Shown: positions 1-10,168 of the stretch, one piece after another
Layout: each line of letters begins with the position of its first letter
How positions within the stretch are numbered: position 1 is the stretch's first letter
Virus record (IMG/VR): IMGVR_UViG_2767802123_000001
Span: 31,727 to 95,726 of that record
Reading direction: 5' to 3' (one strand)
Source: a virus
Taxonomy: Duplodnaviria > Caudoviricetes
Length of the DNA: 64,000 nt
Made by a program: the position numbers and the translations under genes
Notes under the pieces: generated by a model
What the model saw: the letters and a program-made list of their open reading frames with translations, nothing else
Told to the model about the DNA's origin: nothing
Database searches by the model: none

Positions 1-525
1 CTGGATCTGCATGGTGGAGCGGCCGTTCTCCACCGTGTACGAGCCGATACGCGTGGAGCCCACGTTGGGCCACGCGTTGTAGATGTACCGCTGCGCTCCG
101 GACGGATCGCACGAGCCGGACCCGGCCACGCGCTGCCAGACCTCCAGGCTGTACCGGTTCGACGGCGAGCCCTCCGCGAAGGCGAAGCCCGTGCCGGTGA
201 CGCCGGCGCCGTTGACGGTCAGCTCCCGCGCGCTCGCGAGGTAGGCGACCCCTGTCGTATTGATCTCACAGAAGTCGATGGTGAGCTGCATGCGCTTGAG
301 AACCGGATCGTCCTTCTGGTTCACGCACGGCGTGCCGTCAGCAGTCCTTTCGAAGAACTCCTCACCGTCCTCGTACTGCGGTTCCATCTGAACCTGAACA
401 AATCCCTTGGTCACCACGACCAGGGAACCGGTTCCGGTGACCGGGTTGCCGCAGGCGTCCACGCGGACGATCCGGGCGTGCGTGCCCTTGATCGCGGTGG
501 CGGCCGAAGCCACGGTTGCTACCAC
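1..525 (-). CDS. Probable major tail (tube) protein, runs off the left edge
   Basis: GTG at 525 after AAGGGG; reads VVATVASAATAIKGTHARIVRVDACGNPV...GFVQVQMEPQYEDGEEFFERTADG; follows the capsid genes. Confidence 0.6.
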   Translation of the reverse strand, partial: MVATVASAATAIKGTHARIVRVDACGNPVTGTGSLVVVTKGFVQVQMEPQYEDGEEFFERTADGTPCVNQKDDPVLKRMQLTIDFCEINTTGVAYLASARELTVNGAGVTGTGFAFAEGSPSNRYSLEVWQRVAGSGSCDPSGAQRYIYNAWPNVGSTRIGSYTVENGRSTMQIQ

Positions 526-535
526 TGTTCACCCC

Positions 536-1426
536 TTACGTGGGTACGCCGAGAGTCATCAAGGCTGCGAGGTGCGCGCACTCCCAGCCGAACAGGTACG
601 TGCGGGAAGCCTGCTTGCGGACGGTGTTGGTGGACCGGTCGAACGTGCCGGGGAAGTCGCGCACGGCGACGTCCGACCGGTAGCCGAACAGGGCGCCGGT
701 CGCGTAGATCCACGCCGAGCCGGCCGGAGCGGCCGACCCGTCGGGACCTGTCCCGGTGTACCCGGCCGCCGCGACGATGCGATGCCCGCCCGGTGTGCGC
801 AGCACCCCGTCCGCGTCGTCCGTACGGAGCAGGCTCCGGGACTTCAGCGTGGCCAGCGCGGCCACCGGAACGTGGACCACGCCGACACCGCCGTACTGCT
901 CGGCGAGCGCACCGTCCAGACGGCCGATCGCCACGGCGGCGTCGTCCGTCGTCGCCACCACGGCGTTTGCGGCCGTCTGAAGCCGGATGCCTTGTGGGTC
1001 GTCCAGCGGGTCATCGGCGGCCAGGTGCGGCCACACGGTGGACTGCCCGCCGGCTTGGCCGGTCCAGAACGCCCTGCTGACCTGGAACGCCTCACTGCGC
1101 GCGAGAGCTTCGGCAGCCTGGTCCACGTCCGGCAGACCGATGAGCGAGCAGTCGAACGCGGCGTAGACTGTGAAGGCGGTCGCCCCACGGTCTACACCCT
1201 CGGCCGTGGGCTCGATCGGCGGTGCGGCGGGGACGGAACCGTCCGTGCCGGTGACGGCGATGCACTCGTCCGCGTACGTCGTCTGCGCCCCACCGCACCA
1301 GTCGGTCCAGGTCACTCCCTGCTGCCAGTGCGGCCCCGGCGCGGCCGGATGCTGCGCCGCGTCCCACAAGTCGTTCGGGAGCGCGACGAAGTCCGGCCCG
1401 TCGACTATGCCCCGGATACCGGCCAC
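536..1426 (-). CDS. Second capsid protein (pentamer-type/minor capsid)
   Basis: 296 aa with GGAG RBS, directly downstream of the major capsid; arrangement like actinophage hexamer+pentamer pairs. Confidence 0.6.
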   Translation of the reverse strand: MAGIRGIVDGPDFVALPNDLWDAAQHPAAPGPHWQQGVTWTDWCGGAQTTYADECIAVTGTDGSVPAAPPIEPTAEGVDRGATAFTVYAAFDCSLIGLPDVDQAAEALARSEAFQVSRAFWTGQAGGQSTVWPHLAADDPLDDPQGIRLQTAANAVVATTDDAAVAIGRLDGALAEQYGGVGVVHVPVAALATLKSRSLLRTDDADGVLRTPGGHRIVAAAGYTGTGPDGSAAPAGSAWIYATGALFGYRSDVAVRDFPGTFDRSTNTVRKQASRTYLFGWECAHLAALMTLGVPT

Positions 1427-1460
1427 GTCGCGCTCCCTCCGTTGTCGGTACGGTCAGGGC

Positions 1461-3251
1461 TCAGAGCTGGTGCCCGAGAGTCTGGTCCGCGCTGCCCGAC
1501 CCGTTGACCGCGAGCGTTGCCCGGTACAGGCGGGACTCGTGGCCGACCCTGGCGACCAGGTGCGCCTCCTCCGCCCACAGGGCGGTGTGGTCGTTCTCCG
1601 CGTTCAGCGCGCTGTCGCGGATCACACCGAGGTCGAGCTGGAGGCCGTTGCCGTGCAGGAAGGTGCCGGCGGCGTACATCATGAAGTCGACGCTGGTCGG
1701 CCAGGCCGTCATGTTGGTGTCCACGCGGCCGAACTGGCCGGAGCCGCGCACCTGCCAGTCGGAGACGAACTGCGGGCGCACCGACCTGTCCGTGAACCAC
1801 GCGGTGATCTGCGCGTCCGACACGCTCTCGCGCTCGACCTTCGTCCGCCAGGCGAGGTCGGCCCGGATGACCGCGAGCGTCCAGCGCGGCAGGACGACCT
1901 CCAGTACCGCGTCCTCGCGCATGGCGAACTTCGCGCGGTAGTCGATCGCTGCCAGCTCCACGCCGTTGAGCAGCGTCTGGGCGGCAGGCTTGTTCGCCGC
2001 GCCAAGAGCGATGGCCGAGGTGGACCGGGCGACCATGAGGGAGATCAGCCGGGCGTTGATGACGTGCGCGTAGGCCGCCCGCAGCAGCCGGATGAAGTTC
2101 TGCGTCGCCTCCGGGTACGCGTCGTCGGTGAGGTTACCGGCGGTGAGGCTGACGCCGTACGCCTCCAGCCGCGTCTCGTCGAACGTCGGGCACGGCACGC
2201 GCAAGGTCGGCTTGTTCACCGAGCCGGTGACGGTGGCGATGTCGTCGGCCTCAGTCCACAGCCACGGGTCGCTCGCGTTGGAGAACGGGAAGGCGAACCC
2301 GCCGAAGCCCGAAGCCGGGTTGGAGCCCGCGTTCTGGAAGAACACGTCACCGATGGACGGGGACACCGGGTAACGGATGCCGCCCCGGGAGACACCGACG
2401 GTCGGCAGGTCGATGAGGCCGACCGGAGTGTCCGCGATGTTGAAGAAGTCGTAGGTGACCTCCGACGGGGCGCACCACCCACCGCCGGCCAGCAGGGCGT
2501 CGGCCTGGCCGCGCTGCTGCGTCATCGAGTGCCACAGCTCCTCTACCGTGGAGGCAGAGGTGCGGTCGTCCACCGTGTGCTCGAACTGGTTGCGCAGCGA
2601 CGCGACCAGGTGGCGCGGGGCGCCCCGGTCGCCGTACTGCGTGGTCGGCACGGCCTTCGCCTTGGCGCGGAACGCCTCGCTCAGGGCCTCCAGCGTCGGC
2701 AGGGACTGCCCGGCACCCACGCCGGGGATGTCCACGCTCGCGGTGACGGCCATGGTCTGCGCATTCGGTGCCTTGGCCTGCGGGGCACGCTCGCGTACCT
2801 GCGACAGGGAGGCCACCCGGCGCTGCACGGCCTCGGGGGCCTGGTCGCCGAAGAGGATGGAGGCCACACCCTTGGCCGTGGCCTCAGTCAGTGCCGCGAG
2901 GTCGACACGGCCGCCGGCGGTGACGGGGGCGGCGCCCTCGCCTCCGTCACCGCCTTCGCCGCCCTCACCGACGTGCACGGACTGACGCAGCAGCGCCATG
3001 CGCCGGGTCGCCTCCTGCTGTGCGGTGGCGGCCTCTTCCTCCGCGCGGACCGCGCGCACGCGCAGCTCCGCGCGGATGCGGTCCAGGTCACGCGTGAGAC
3101 GTTCGCTGTAGCTGATGTGTTCGGGGAGGATCTGCTGAAGTCCGGCGACGCGGTCGAACTCCGCGACCGCGTTCGTCTCCAGCTCGCGCAGCTCCGACTC
3201 TCCCACGAGTGAGAGGTCGTCGGGCGCGGTGAACAGTTCGGGTTCCGGCAC
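1461..3251 (-). CDS. Major capsid (hexamer-type) protein
   Basis: GGAGG RBS before GTG 3251; coiled-coil N-terminus, then LLAGGGWCAPSEVTYDF and LDLGVIRDSALNAEND motifs. Confidence 0.8.
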   Translation of the reverse strand: MPEPELFTAPDDLSLVGESELRELETNAVAEFDRVAGLQQILPEHISYSERLTRDLDRIRAELRVRAVRAEEEAATAQQEATRRMALLRQSVHVGEGGEGGDGGEGAAPVTAGGRVDLAALTEATAKGVASILFGDQAPEAVQRRVASLSQVRERAPQAKAPNAQTMAVTASVDIPGVGAGQSLPTLEALSEAFRAKAKAVPTTQYGDRGAPRHLVASLRNQFEHTVDDRTSASTVEELWHSMTQQRGQADALLAGGGWCAPSEVTYDFFNIADTPVGLIDLPTVGVSRGGIRYPVSPSIGDVFFQNAGSNPASGFGGFAFPFSNASDPWLWTEADDIATVTGSVNKPTLRVPCPTFDETRLEAYGVSLTAGNLTDDAYPEATQNFIRLLRAAYAHVINARLISLMVARSTSAIALGAANKPAAQTLLNGVELAAIDYRAKFAMREDAVLEVVLPRWTLAVIRADLAWRTKVERESVSDAQITAWFTDRSVRPQFVSDWQVRGSGQFGRVDTNMTAWPTSVDFMMYAAGTFLHGNGLQLDLGVIRDSALNAENDHTALWAEEAHLVARVGHESRLYRATLAVNGSGSADQTLGHQL

Positions 3252-3291
3252 GTCAACCTCCGGGAGAGCGGCCGAGATCAAGTCGGCGCGC

Positions 3292-3318
3292 ACGGTACAT
3301 ACAAACGGCCGAATCGCC
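3292..3318 (-). promoter_or_regulatory. Late-type promoter GCGATTC-N13-TACCGT (one of 7 copies)
   Basis: Same motif and 13-nt spacing upstream of six other genes. Confidence 0.6.
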
Positions 3319-3359
3319 AAAAGTCACAAAGACTCTGACGATTCGGCCGTTGTCGCTGC

Positions 3360-3422
3360 TCAGCCGCCGATCGGGGGCGGCGGAGGCGGCGGGGGCGGGG
3401 CCGGTCGGTTACAGCCGCACAT
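3360..3422 (-). CDS. 20-aa peptide MCGCNRPAPPPPPPPPPIGG
   Basis: GAGGAG RBS overlapping the protease stop; lies between protease and capsid genes. Confidence 0.45.
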   Translation of the reverse strand: MCGCNRPAPPPPPPPPPIGG

Positions 3423-3427
3423 ACGGA

Positions 3428-6400
3428 TCACTCCTCTCGGTGGACTTGGCGGGACAGGGCGGCGAGGACGCGGCGGTATGCCCACTGGTCCAACTCGTCC
3501 TCGGTCAGACCCTCGGAGAGCTGCGGGATACCCGCTGCGACGAGGGCGAGCTGCTGGCCGGACGTCAGGTGCGTCTTCAGCTTCGGGACCGGGAAGCCGG
3601 GGATGTTCACGGCGAGCAGGCCGACCAGGCGCAGCGACCCGCCGATGCGGCGCCAGTCGCCGGACACCTGCCCGGCCGCGCGCAGCTCGTGGATGCGCGA
3701 CTCGGGCGTGCCGGGCCGGATGGAGCCCGCGACCCAGATGCCGTGAGCGTCGTTGCCGACGGCGACGTCCGCCACGGCGGCGCCGGTGTTGTCGTAGTGG
3801 TCGGCTGCCGCGCGGTAGCCGTAGGACAGGGGCGCATGTCCGGTGCCGACGGTGATCTGTCCGACGCCTACCGATGAGCCGTCCTCCGTCCAGACGTTGC
3901 CCGTCATGAAGTACGGGTGTGCCTCCTCGTGCGGTGGGGTGACGCACACACCCTCCTGCCCGATGTGGCAGGTGCCCCACAACGCGGCGTGCCCGTACAC
4001 CCGGCCCTCCGGCGTGACCGTGATCCCGGTGGGCACCGACAGGCCCGGGTTGGAGAACCAGCTGGCCGGCGGGCGCACCGGCGCCTCCACCGTCCGAGCC
4101 GGAGCCGTACGGACCTTCGTCTCACGCACCGCGCCGATCGGTTCGCCGCCGGCGACGACGGCCCCGGCCTCGTCCAGCAGGGCGATGTACGCCTCGGCGA
4201 AAGCGGGGATGTCCACCAGGGTCGCCGCGCGGATACGGCCCTTGTTGAACACGACTTTCTCCGGCGACGCGAACAGCATGTCGAACGGGGAGCCTTCACC
4301 GTCCGCGTCCGGGTCGGCAGGCCACACCAGTTCCATGTCGGCGTCTTTGATGGAGTCGACATCCACCGACACACCGCGCAGGAACTGACCCTTGATCTTG
4401 CCGTGGACCGTGCGGCCGTCCTCGGTGGACAGGTCCAGAACGCCCTCACCCATGATGAGGCCGCCGTCTTCCCGCCACACCCGGTCGATGCGGCCGACGT
4501 TCACCGCTACGGTGTGCGGCTCCCCGCCGTGGCTGTCTTCCTTGTTCCAGCGCAGCGGGAGCGGCAGGTCGGCCCAGGTGAGCGCCTCCGGCTTGAACTC
4601 CCGGCCGTCGCCGGTCTCGATACCCTCCACGGTCAGCGGGCCACGCCACGGCGCGGTGTCGCCGGAGCCCATCTCGCTGACCGGCGGCCCCGCCACCTCC
4701 TCGGCGTCGGCCGCCGCGCCGTGCGCCAGGGTCTCGGGGCCGTGCTCGCCCCGCAGCGTCTGCGCACCCCCGACCGCCTTCTCCCCGACCTCCACGCACT
4801 CGCCGGAAGCCTTGTCCAGCTCCATGCCGGGCGGGCACTGCTTCTCCTCGGAGGCGGACTGTTTGTTCTCCTTCAACCGCTTGTCCTTCGGCGTACCGGG
4901 GTTCGGCTCACCCTTACTCAGAACCTCGGTCGCTTCGGTCGCTGCTTCGGTCGTCATGGACTGATCTCCTTCCGCCGCGTCCTGTGCGGCCGGTTGGGTG
5001 TCGGCACTCGCCGTGGTTGCCGGGCTCCGCACTTCCTGCCAGACGGCGATGAGGAAACCCCGGCACGCGTTGCCGTAGCGGGCGCCGGTGCAGTCCCGGT
5101 AACCCATGACCGGGTACTCCGCCATGGCTGCGTCCAGGGTGGTGAACGTGCGGCCGTCGATCGCTTTGCAGGGGTCGCACGTACGGCGGTCCAGAATCTC
5201 GGAGGCGGTGTACGAGGATGCAGGCGGCGCGGCCTCCATCACCGCGTGACGTCCGGCGTTCTGCGCGGCCGTCATCGCCTGTCCGACGGCGGCCCGCACT
5301 GAGGTGTCGTCCACCGTGGCCAGCTCCCGGTCGACCTCAGCAGCCACCTGCTCCGACGGCCGGCTGGAGCGCAGCAACCCGGACAGCTTCCGCTTGGCGG
5401 CCGTCAGTAGCGCCCCCGACATGAGGTCGCTGGACAACTCCGCGACGGAAGACAGCAGCCGCCGTCCGGTGAGCGCGGCCGTGACCGCGTCCTCGTCGCC
5501 GTCGGGCAGCGACCAGTCCGGGACGGCGATGCCCTGCCGTTCGGCCTCACGCTGGCACGCCCGGCCCGCTTTGACCGCGTACTCCTCCATGAGATTCAGC
5601 AGAGTGGACGTCGCAGCCCGGCTGTCCAGGGTCAGCTCAGGCACCGACTCCAGGCGGTCGTCGGCGAGGTCCCGGGTGATCTGCTCGCGCACGTCCAGGC
5701 GCCACGCGGCCGTGACCGACTTGAGGGCCTTCAGCGCCCCGGCTGTCGCGGACTCCCACTCCGCGTGCACCCCGGCGAAGTCGACGCGCGAGGCCACCTC
5801 CAGCTCGGTCGGCTCCCGGCGCAGCGGTCCGGCGGCGGCCGTCACCGCGTCGCCGGTCAGGGGTATGTCGTGGTCCTCGTCGCCGAAGGACAGCCGAATG
5901 CGGTCGAACGTCACCGTGCCCAGCCGCTGTTCCAGTTCCTTCAGCAGGGCGGGGTCGTCGCTGTACGCGGCGCAGATGTGCGCAGCCCAGGGGCTGTGCT
6001 GCGGGGGCATCTCGGGACGCCCGTGCGTGGACTCCAGAGCTTCCGTGACGCAGGCCCGGACCCGCAGCAGGCCGTCCGGTGGAACGTGCTCGCCGGGTTC
6101 GGCGTCGCCCACGTTCCAGACCCAGCAGGGGTAGTCTCCACCTCCGTTCCAGTGCGCGGCGCCGAACGCCTTGGCCCGCACGGGCCCGAGCCCGTACAGC
6201 TCCGCCAGCGGGCGCAGGATCCCCTCCAGCTCGTCGCGCTGCCCCTCGGTCCACTCGGAGCTGTCGTCACCAAGGAAGAACAGCGTGCAGTGCAGCTCCT
6301 CGGCCGGCTCGCCGCCGGGTATTGCGAGGCGTTCGGCATCCTCGGCCGTCGGCATGAGGGCGACCATGCAGCCCTGCGTGTGCGAGCCGTCGGCGGCGGC

Positions 6401-6442
6401 CGTGAGCGCCGGCGGGTGCTGGTGGTCAGTGCGCGGGGGCAT
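3428..6442 (-). CDS. 2H-phosphoesterase + MuF-like + capsid maturation protease fusion
   Basis: N-terminal LHCTLFFLG and AAHICAAY (2H-like pair); central ILDRRTCDPC...NACRG (MuF); C-terminal GIETGDGR protease-like region; between portal and capsid. Confidence 0.7.
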   Translation of the reverse strand: MPPRTDHQHPPALTAAADGSHTQGCMVALMPTAEDAERLAIPGGEPAEELHCTLFFLGDDSSEWTEGQRDELEGILRPLAELYGLGPVRAKAFGAAHWNGGGDYPCWVWNVGDAEPGEHVPPDGLLRVRACVTEALESTHGRPEMPPQHSPWAAHICAAYSDDPALLKELEQRLGTVTFDRIRLSFGDEDHDIPLTGDAVTAAAGPLRREPTELEVASRVDFAGVHAEWESATAGALKALKSVTAAWRLDVREQITRDLADDRLESVPELTLDSRAATSTLLNLMEEYAVKAGRACQREAERQGIAVPDWSLPDGDEDAVTAALTGRRLLSSVAELSSDLMSGALLTAAKRKLSGLLRSSRPSEQVAAEVDRELATVDDTSVRAAVGQAMTAAQNAGRHAVMEAAPPASSYTASEILDRRTCDPCKAIDGRTFTTLDAAMAEYPVMGYRDCTGARYGNACRGFLIAVWQEVRSPATTASADTQPAAQDAAEGDQSMTTEAATEATEVLSKGEPNPGTPKDKRLKENKQSASEEKQCPPGMELDKASGECVEVGEKAVGGAQTLRGEHGPETLAHGAAADAEEVAGPPVSEMGSGDTAPWRGPLTVEGIETGDGREFKPEALTWADLPLPLRWNKEDSHGGEPHTVAVNVGRIDRVWREDGGLIMGEGVLDLSTEDGRTVHGKIKGQFLRGVSVDVDSIKDADMELVWPADPDADGEGSPFDMLFASPEKVVFNKGRIRAATLVDIPAFAEAYIALLDEAGAVVAGGEPIGAVRETKVRTAPARTVEAPVRPPASWFSNPGLSVPTGITVTPEGRVYGHAALWGTCHIGQEGVCVTPPHEEAHPYFMTGNVWTEDGSSVGVGQITVGTGHAPLSYGYRAAADHYDNTGAAVADVAVGNDAHGIWVAGSIRPGTPESRIHELRAAGQVSGDWRRIGGSLRLVGLLAVNIPGFPVPKLKTHLTSGQQLALVAAGIPQLSEGLTEDELDQWAYRRVLAALSRQVHREE

Positions 6443-8276
6443 GGCCGTTCACCGCCCTCGGTACGAGCGAGGTGGAGATCATGGCCGTGGTGTCGGCGTA
6501 GGGGCTGCGGCCGTCGATGACGAGCCGGCCGAACGTGTCCAGGTGGCACAGGTACGTCCCGGACGAGCCGGGCCGTACGGACGGGGCCGCCGTGGCGACC
6601 GCGTGCGTGAACGGGCACGAGTACTCGTACTCACCGCACAGAGGCGGGTGCAGCAGGTCCCACCGGTTGCCCGCTCCGACGCGGAGCATGTGCTGCGTCC
6701 GGGCCTGCTGCACGAGAAGCTGCGCCCGCTCCACCGTGGCCTGCTGCTCCCGCGCGGGCGGGCCGGTCTCGTCCTGCGTCGGGGGTGGTTCCTCACCCGG
6801 CGTGGCCGCGCGTCCGGTGTCCTCGGCCGGGGCCTGCTGCGCTCCTCCGGGCGGCGGGGTGTCGCCTTGCTGGACGGCTTCGGCCGTGCCGGGGTCCTGC
6901 GGGGAGACGGGGACGATCTGCGGGACGTCCTCGCCGAGCAGTTGCGCCAGGGCGGACGCGGCGCCCGTCGGCAGGGTGCGGATGATGGTCTTGAGGGACT
7001 GTACCCGCAGCTCTTCGTCGTCCGGTGCGTCGTCCTCGTCGAACCCCAGCTCCCGGCGGTACGCCTCGCCGGACAGCTCCAGCCGGTCGTAGGCCAGTGT
7101 CGCGTTGCCGCTGCGGTCCGGGCTCAGTGCCAGCTCGCTCATGTCGTACCAGACGACCCACGCGGCCGGGTCCTCGCCGGACAGCTCCAGCCGGGGCTGG
7201 AGGTAGCCGCGCGTCAGTGCGTCGCAGATCAGCTCCGCGACGGGGGCTATGTGGGTCTTGAGAGCACCTTCTTCCAACTGCCAGGCGGACCAGTGGTTCA
7301 CGTCACCCATGCCCAGTAGCACGTCGGCAGGCATGTCCAGCTTGGTGGCCAGACGCTTGATCGCGCTGTCCCGCTTCGCGATGATCTTCTCGTCGATCTT
7401 CAGCGTGAAGTCGACGTGCTTCACCTTGTCGATCGCCTCGGCCGGGCCGACCAGCGGGATCGGCACCACGGCGGACGCGGTACCGGGGTTCTGAATGGCG
7501 GTCGCCGCGACGGCGATCCACTCGGACATCAGCGGGTTGGGGTCTTCCTCGAACTCCTCCCTGACTGGGAAGCTCAGCTCATCCGGGAGCAGCAGGAGTC
7601 CGGCGGAGGCCAGCCGGGACAGGTACTCTGCCGTGATCTTCCGGTTGACCAGCTCCAGCTCCCGCATGATCTCCCGGGCGGACCGGGCCGGGGAGTCGGC
7701 CATGTGGAAGAACCGGTCATGCGGCCGCCAGACACGGACGACGTGGTGCTCCGGGGCGAGGTCGCGCCAGTCCTGGCCGGTGGTCGCGCTCTCCTCGTCC
7801 ATCACCTGGTACTTGCCGGACTGCACGCGGACCTCGTCCACGGACCGGACCTGCCAGCGCTCAGTCTTGCCGTCCTGCTCCCCGACCAGGTACCCCTCGC
7901 CGGGGAGGGAGAGTTGCACCGTCAGCCGCCTCAGAATCTGCGACTGGCCGGCGACGCCTCCGCCGAAGAGCATCATGAGGTCAGCGGCCGTGCCGCTGGT
8001 GACGATCTCGGGTTCGTCAGAGCCCGGCTTCAGCCGGCCCGCCCGGAGGCGGACCCTGCTCAGCATGTTGGCCAGCCACCCGACGCCGAAATTGAACTCG
8101 CCGAGGGTGTCGTGGAACTGCCAGACCTCTTCCTGCCATTTCTCTGTCCGGCGCAGGAACTTGGTCTCAGGCCCAGGCGGTGAGGCAGCGGCGGCCGTCA
8201 GCGACTCGGGCGGAGACTGCGGCAGCGGGGCGGGCTCCCGGGCCACACGTCCCCGGAATGCGTCGTACCACGGCAC
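6426..8276 (-). CDS. Portal protein
   Basis: GGAGG RBS; LASAGLLLLPDE and LLGMGDVNHWSAW motifs; size and position upstream of the protease. Confidence 0.8.
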   Translation of the reverse strand: MPWYDAFRGRVAREPAPLPQSPPESLTAAAASPPGPETKFLRRTEKWQEEVWQFHDTLGEFNFGVGWLANMLSRVRLRAGRLKPGSDEPEIVTSGTAADLMMLFGGGVAGQSQILRRLTVQLSLPGEGYLVGEQDGKTERWQVRSVDEVRVQSGKYQVMDEESATTGQDWRDLAPEHHVVRVWRPHDRFFHMADSPARSAREIMRELELVNRKITAEYLSRLASAGLLLLPDELSFPVREEFEEDPNPLMSEWIAVAATAIQNPGTASAVVPIPLVGPAEAIDKVKHVDFTLKIDEKIIAKRDSAIKRLATKLDMPADVLLGMGDVNHWSAWQLEEGALKTHIAPVAELICDALTRGYLQPRLELSGEDPAAWVVWYDMSELALSPDRSGNATLAYDRLELSGEAYRRELGFDEDDAPDDEELRVQSLKTIIRTLPTGAASALAQLLGEDVPQIVPVSPQDPGTAEAVQQGDTPPPGGAQQAPAEDTGRAATPGEEPPPTQDETGPPAREQQATVERAQLLVQQARTQHMLRVGAGNRWDLLHPPLCGEYEYSCPFTHAVATAAPSVRPGSSGTYLCHLDTFGRLVIDGRSPYADTTAMISTSLVPRAVNGHAPAH

Positions 8277-8526
8277 GGCATACCTCCCCGGTTCGGATCG
8301 AGGGGCATGGTAGCTGCGATCATCCAAATGGCCGTTTTCACGGCATACCGGCTGCGCGCACGTGAGCCCCGCCGGCCACCACACCGGCGGGGCTCACGCA
8401 TCCCTGTGCACCCTGACCCGAGGAAGCCGGATGAACGCGGGGCACCATACGACGGAAGGTCAATTTCACCTACTCCCGCACGAAAACCCCGGAGCGGAGA
8501 TGCTCCGGGGCCAGTGGGGCGAACGG

Positions 8527-8739
8527 TCAGAGCCTTCCGGCCTTGAGCAGCGTGCGGACGGCCTGCCGGAACTCGCCCTTCAGCTCATCGGCTGCCAGCG
8601 CGTCGCGCAGAAACTCGCCGGCCGTGGGGTGGGTCGCCGCCCGACGGGCCGCCCAGCGGAGGTCCGGGGTGACTCCGTGATCGCCCCGGGCGACCTCGGC
8701 GAGAATTTCCTGGGCGTCTGCGATGTGGCTGGAGTTCAT
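8527..8739 (-). CDS. Small hypothetical protein in its own promoter-terminator cassette
   Basis: Preceded by operator/promoter and GACCAAGGAA leader; hairpin at about 8483-8512. Confidence 0.7.
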   Translation of the reverse strand: MNSSHIADAQEILAEVARGDHGVTPDLRWAARRAATHPTAGEFLRDALAADELKGEFRQAVRTLLKAGRL

Positions 8740-8787
8740 GGTCGGTTCCTTCTTTCCTTGGTCTGTCGGTCCGGCACTCCGTCCCGA

Positions 8788-8803
8788 TGAATTAATTAAA
8801 CCA
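8788..8803. promoter_or_regulatory. 16-bp operator-like palindrome overlapping a -10 box
   Basis: TGAATTAATTAAACCA; about 20 related copies in the window. Confidence 0.7.
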
Positions 8804-8837
8804 CACTCTGTGCGGCCGGGGCAACCCCGAGCACGAC

Positions 8838-8872
8838 GAAGCCCCGGAGCCGTACGCGCTCCGGGGCTTCGC
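8838..8872. terminator. Terminator-like hairpin of the AAGCCCCGG...CCGGGGCTT family
   Basis: Inverted repeat after the ATP-grasp gene; many similar copies. Confidence 0.65.
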
Positions 8873-8888
8873 GGGGTGTTGCAGTGCG

Positions 8889-9896
8889 CTACACGTCGGC
8901 GGACCCTCGCTGCCAGGGCGCCCCCGAGGACGCGCGGTGACCACCGCCGGGGGTGTAGACGTGGGTGGCCAGTGCCGTCTGGACGAGGTGGTCAGCGATG
9001 GCCCGTGAGATGACCATCCCGGTAGACGTTTCCACGAAGCCGAACTGGCCCGCCGGGTTCGCCTCCAGGAACCACCACGTGCCGCCCTGGTCGACGGCGA
9101 AGTCCAGGGCGGCGTACTCCAGCCCCAGCGTCTGCATGAGCTTCTGGACTTTCTGCGTCAGCGGCAGACTGGCACTCACAGCCTCGAAGCCCAGGTCGTT
9201 CTCCGGGGCCGCCCTCCAGTCGAACGCCCCGTCGGCGGTGACCTTGCACGGGAACATCCGGTCGCCGATCACCGTCAGCCGGATGTCGTGTGTCTTGTCC
9301 ACAGGCCGCTGGAGGTAACACATGGTCTGCCGCACGTGGTCGGCGCCGGCCAGGATCTCCTCGGGGGACACCAGCCGGGCCTGGACGAACCGGTCCGGGT
9401 GCGCGGTGAGGGTCTTGCACACCACCCTTCCGCCCTGTTCCGTGGCGAACGCGGCGGCCCGGTCGGGATCGTTGGTGAACAGTGCTGGAGGAGTCCGCAG
9501 GCCGAGAGACGAGGCGAGATGCAGTTGTCGTGGGCCGGGCCGGGCAGCCTGCGCCCGGAGCGGGTGGTTCACCCACAACGTCCCGTCAAGGCCGTACAGG
9601 AAGTCCTCCAGGATGGCTCGGGACTCCCGCTGTCCCCACCCACCGGGCAGGCCAGGGTGCCACCAGAAGACGGAGACAACCGACTGCGAGAGCGTGGAGC
9701 GGTGGTCGTCTTCGATGGTGAACCGTAACGGCTCCCCGTCCGAGACGCCGGTCATCCGCAACGCCCCCGGGCGCGCGAGGTCGGCGGGGTCGATGCGGTG
9801 GATGGCGACCCCACGCGCCTGAATCTGCCGTATCACGAGGTCAGCCCCGAGATCGTCAGGTGCGGTGACGACAAGCACGGTGGGTGGGAGCGGCAT
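8889..9896 (-). CDS. ATP-grasp RiPP maturase (graspetide ligase)
   Basis: WVNHP, VVCKTL, DIRLTVIG, FDWR, YAALDF and WWFLEANPAGQFGF motifs; TGATG overlap with the precursor. Confidence 0.85.
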   Translation of the reverse strand: MPLPPTVLVVTAPDDLGADLVIRQIQARGVAIHRIDPADLARPGALRMTGVSDGEPLRFTIEDDHRSTLSQSVVSVFWWHPGLPGGWGQRESRAILEDFLYGLDGTLWVNHPLRAQAARPGPRQLHLASSLGLRTPPALFTNDPDRAAAFATEQGGRVVCKTLTAHPDRFVQARLVSPEEILAGADHVRQTMCYLQRPVDKTHDIRLTVIGDRMFPCKVTADGAFDWRAAPENDLGFEAVSASLPLTQKVQKLMQTLGLEYAALDFAVDQGGTWWFLEANPAGQFGFVETSTGMVISRAIADHLVQTALATHVYTPGGGHRASSGAPWQRGSADV

Positions 9897-10168
9897 CAGT
9901 CGTCGTCCTTCTTGTGCTCTTTGCTGTTGTGGGTCATGGTCGGCCCGAACAGGGCGTGCGGAACGTGGGCGAAGTCGTCGTCCTTCTTGAACCCCTTGTG
10001 GTTGTGGGTCATCGTCGTGGCCTGGACGTCGGCGACGTCGACCACGGCGTCCCCGTCCGAGGTCACGTTGAGCTGGCGGAGGCGGTCGAACGTGAACTCC
10101 GGGGTCCGGTCGACGGGCGGGGTCGGGACCTCGACGAGGAGTGCAAAGGGGGTACACGTGGCGGTCAC
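9896..10168 (-). CDS. Graspetide precursor peptide with two core repeats
   Basis: Leader with PFAL and FDRLRQLNV; cores TMTHNHKGFKKDDD and TMTHNSKEHKKDDD. Confidence 0.8.
   Translation of the reverse strand: MTATCTPFALLVEVPTPPVDRTPEFTFDRLRQLNVTSDGDAVVDVADVQATTMTHNHKGFKKDDDFAHVPHALFGPTMTHNSKEHKKDDD

Noticed and set aside
407-3212. Long plus-strand ORFs opposite the capsid genes (also 33670-38100 and many others)
   Set aside because: Antisense shadows typical of high-GC coding DNA; no motifs or RBS.
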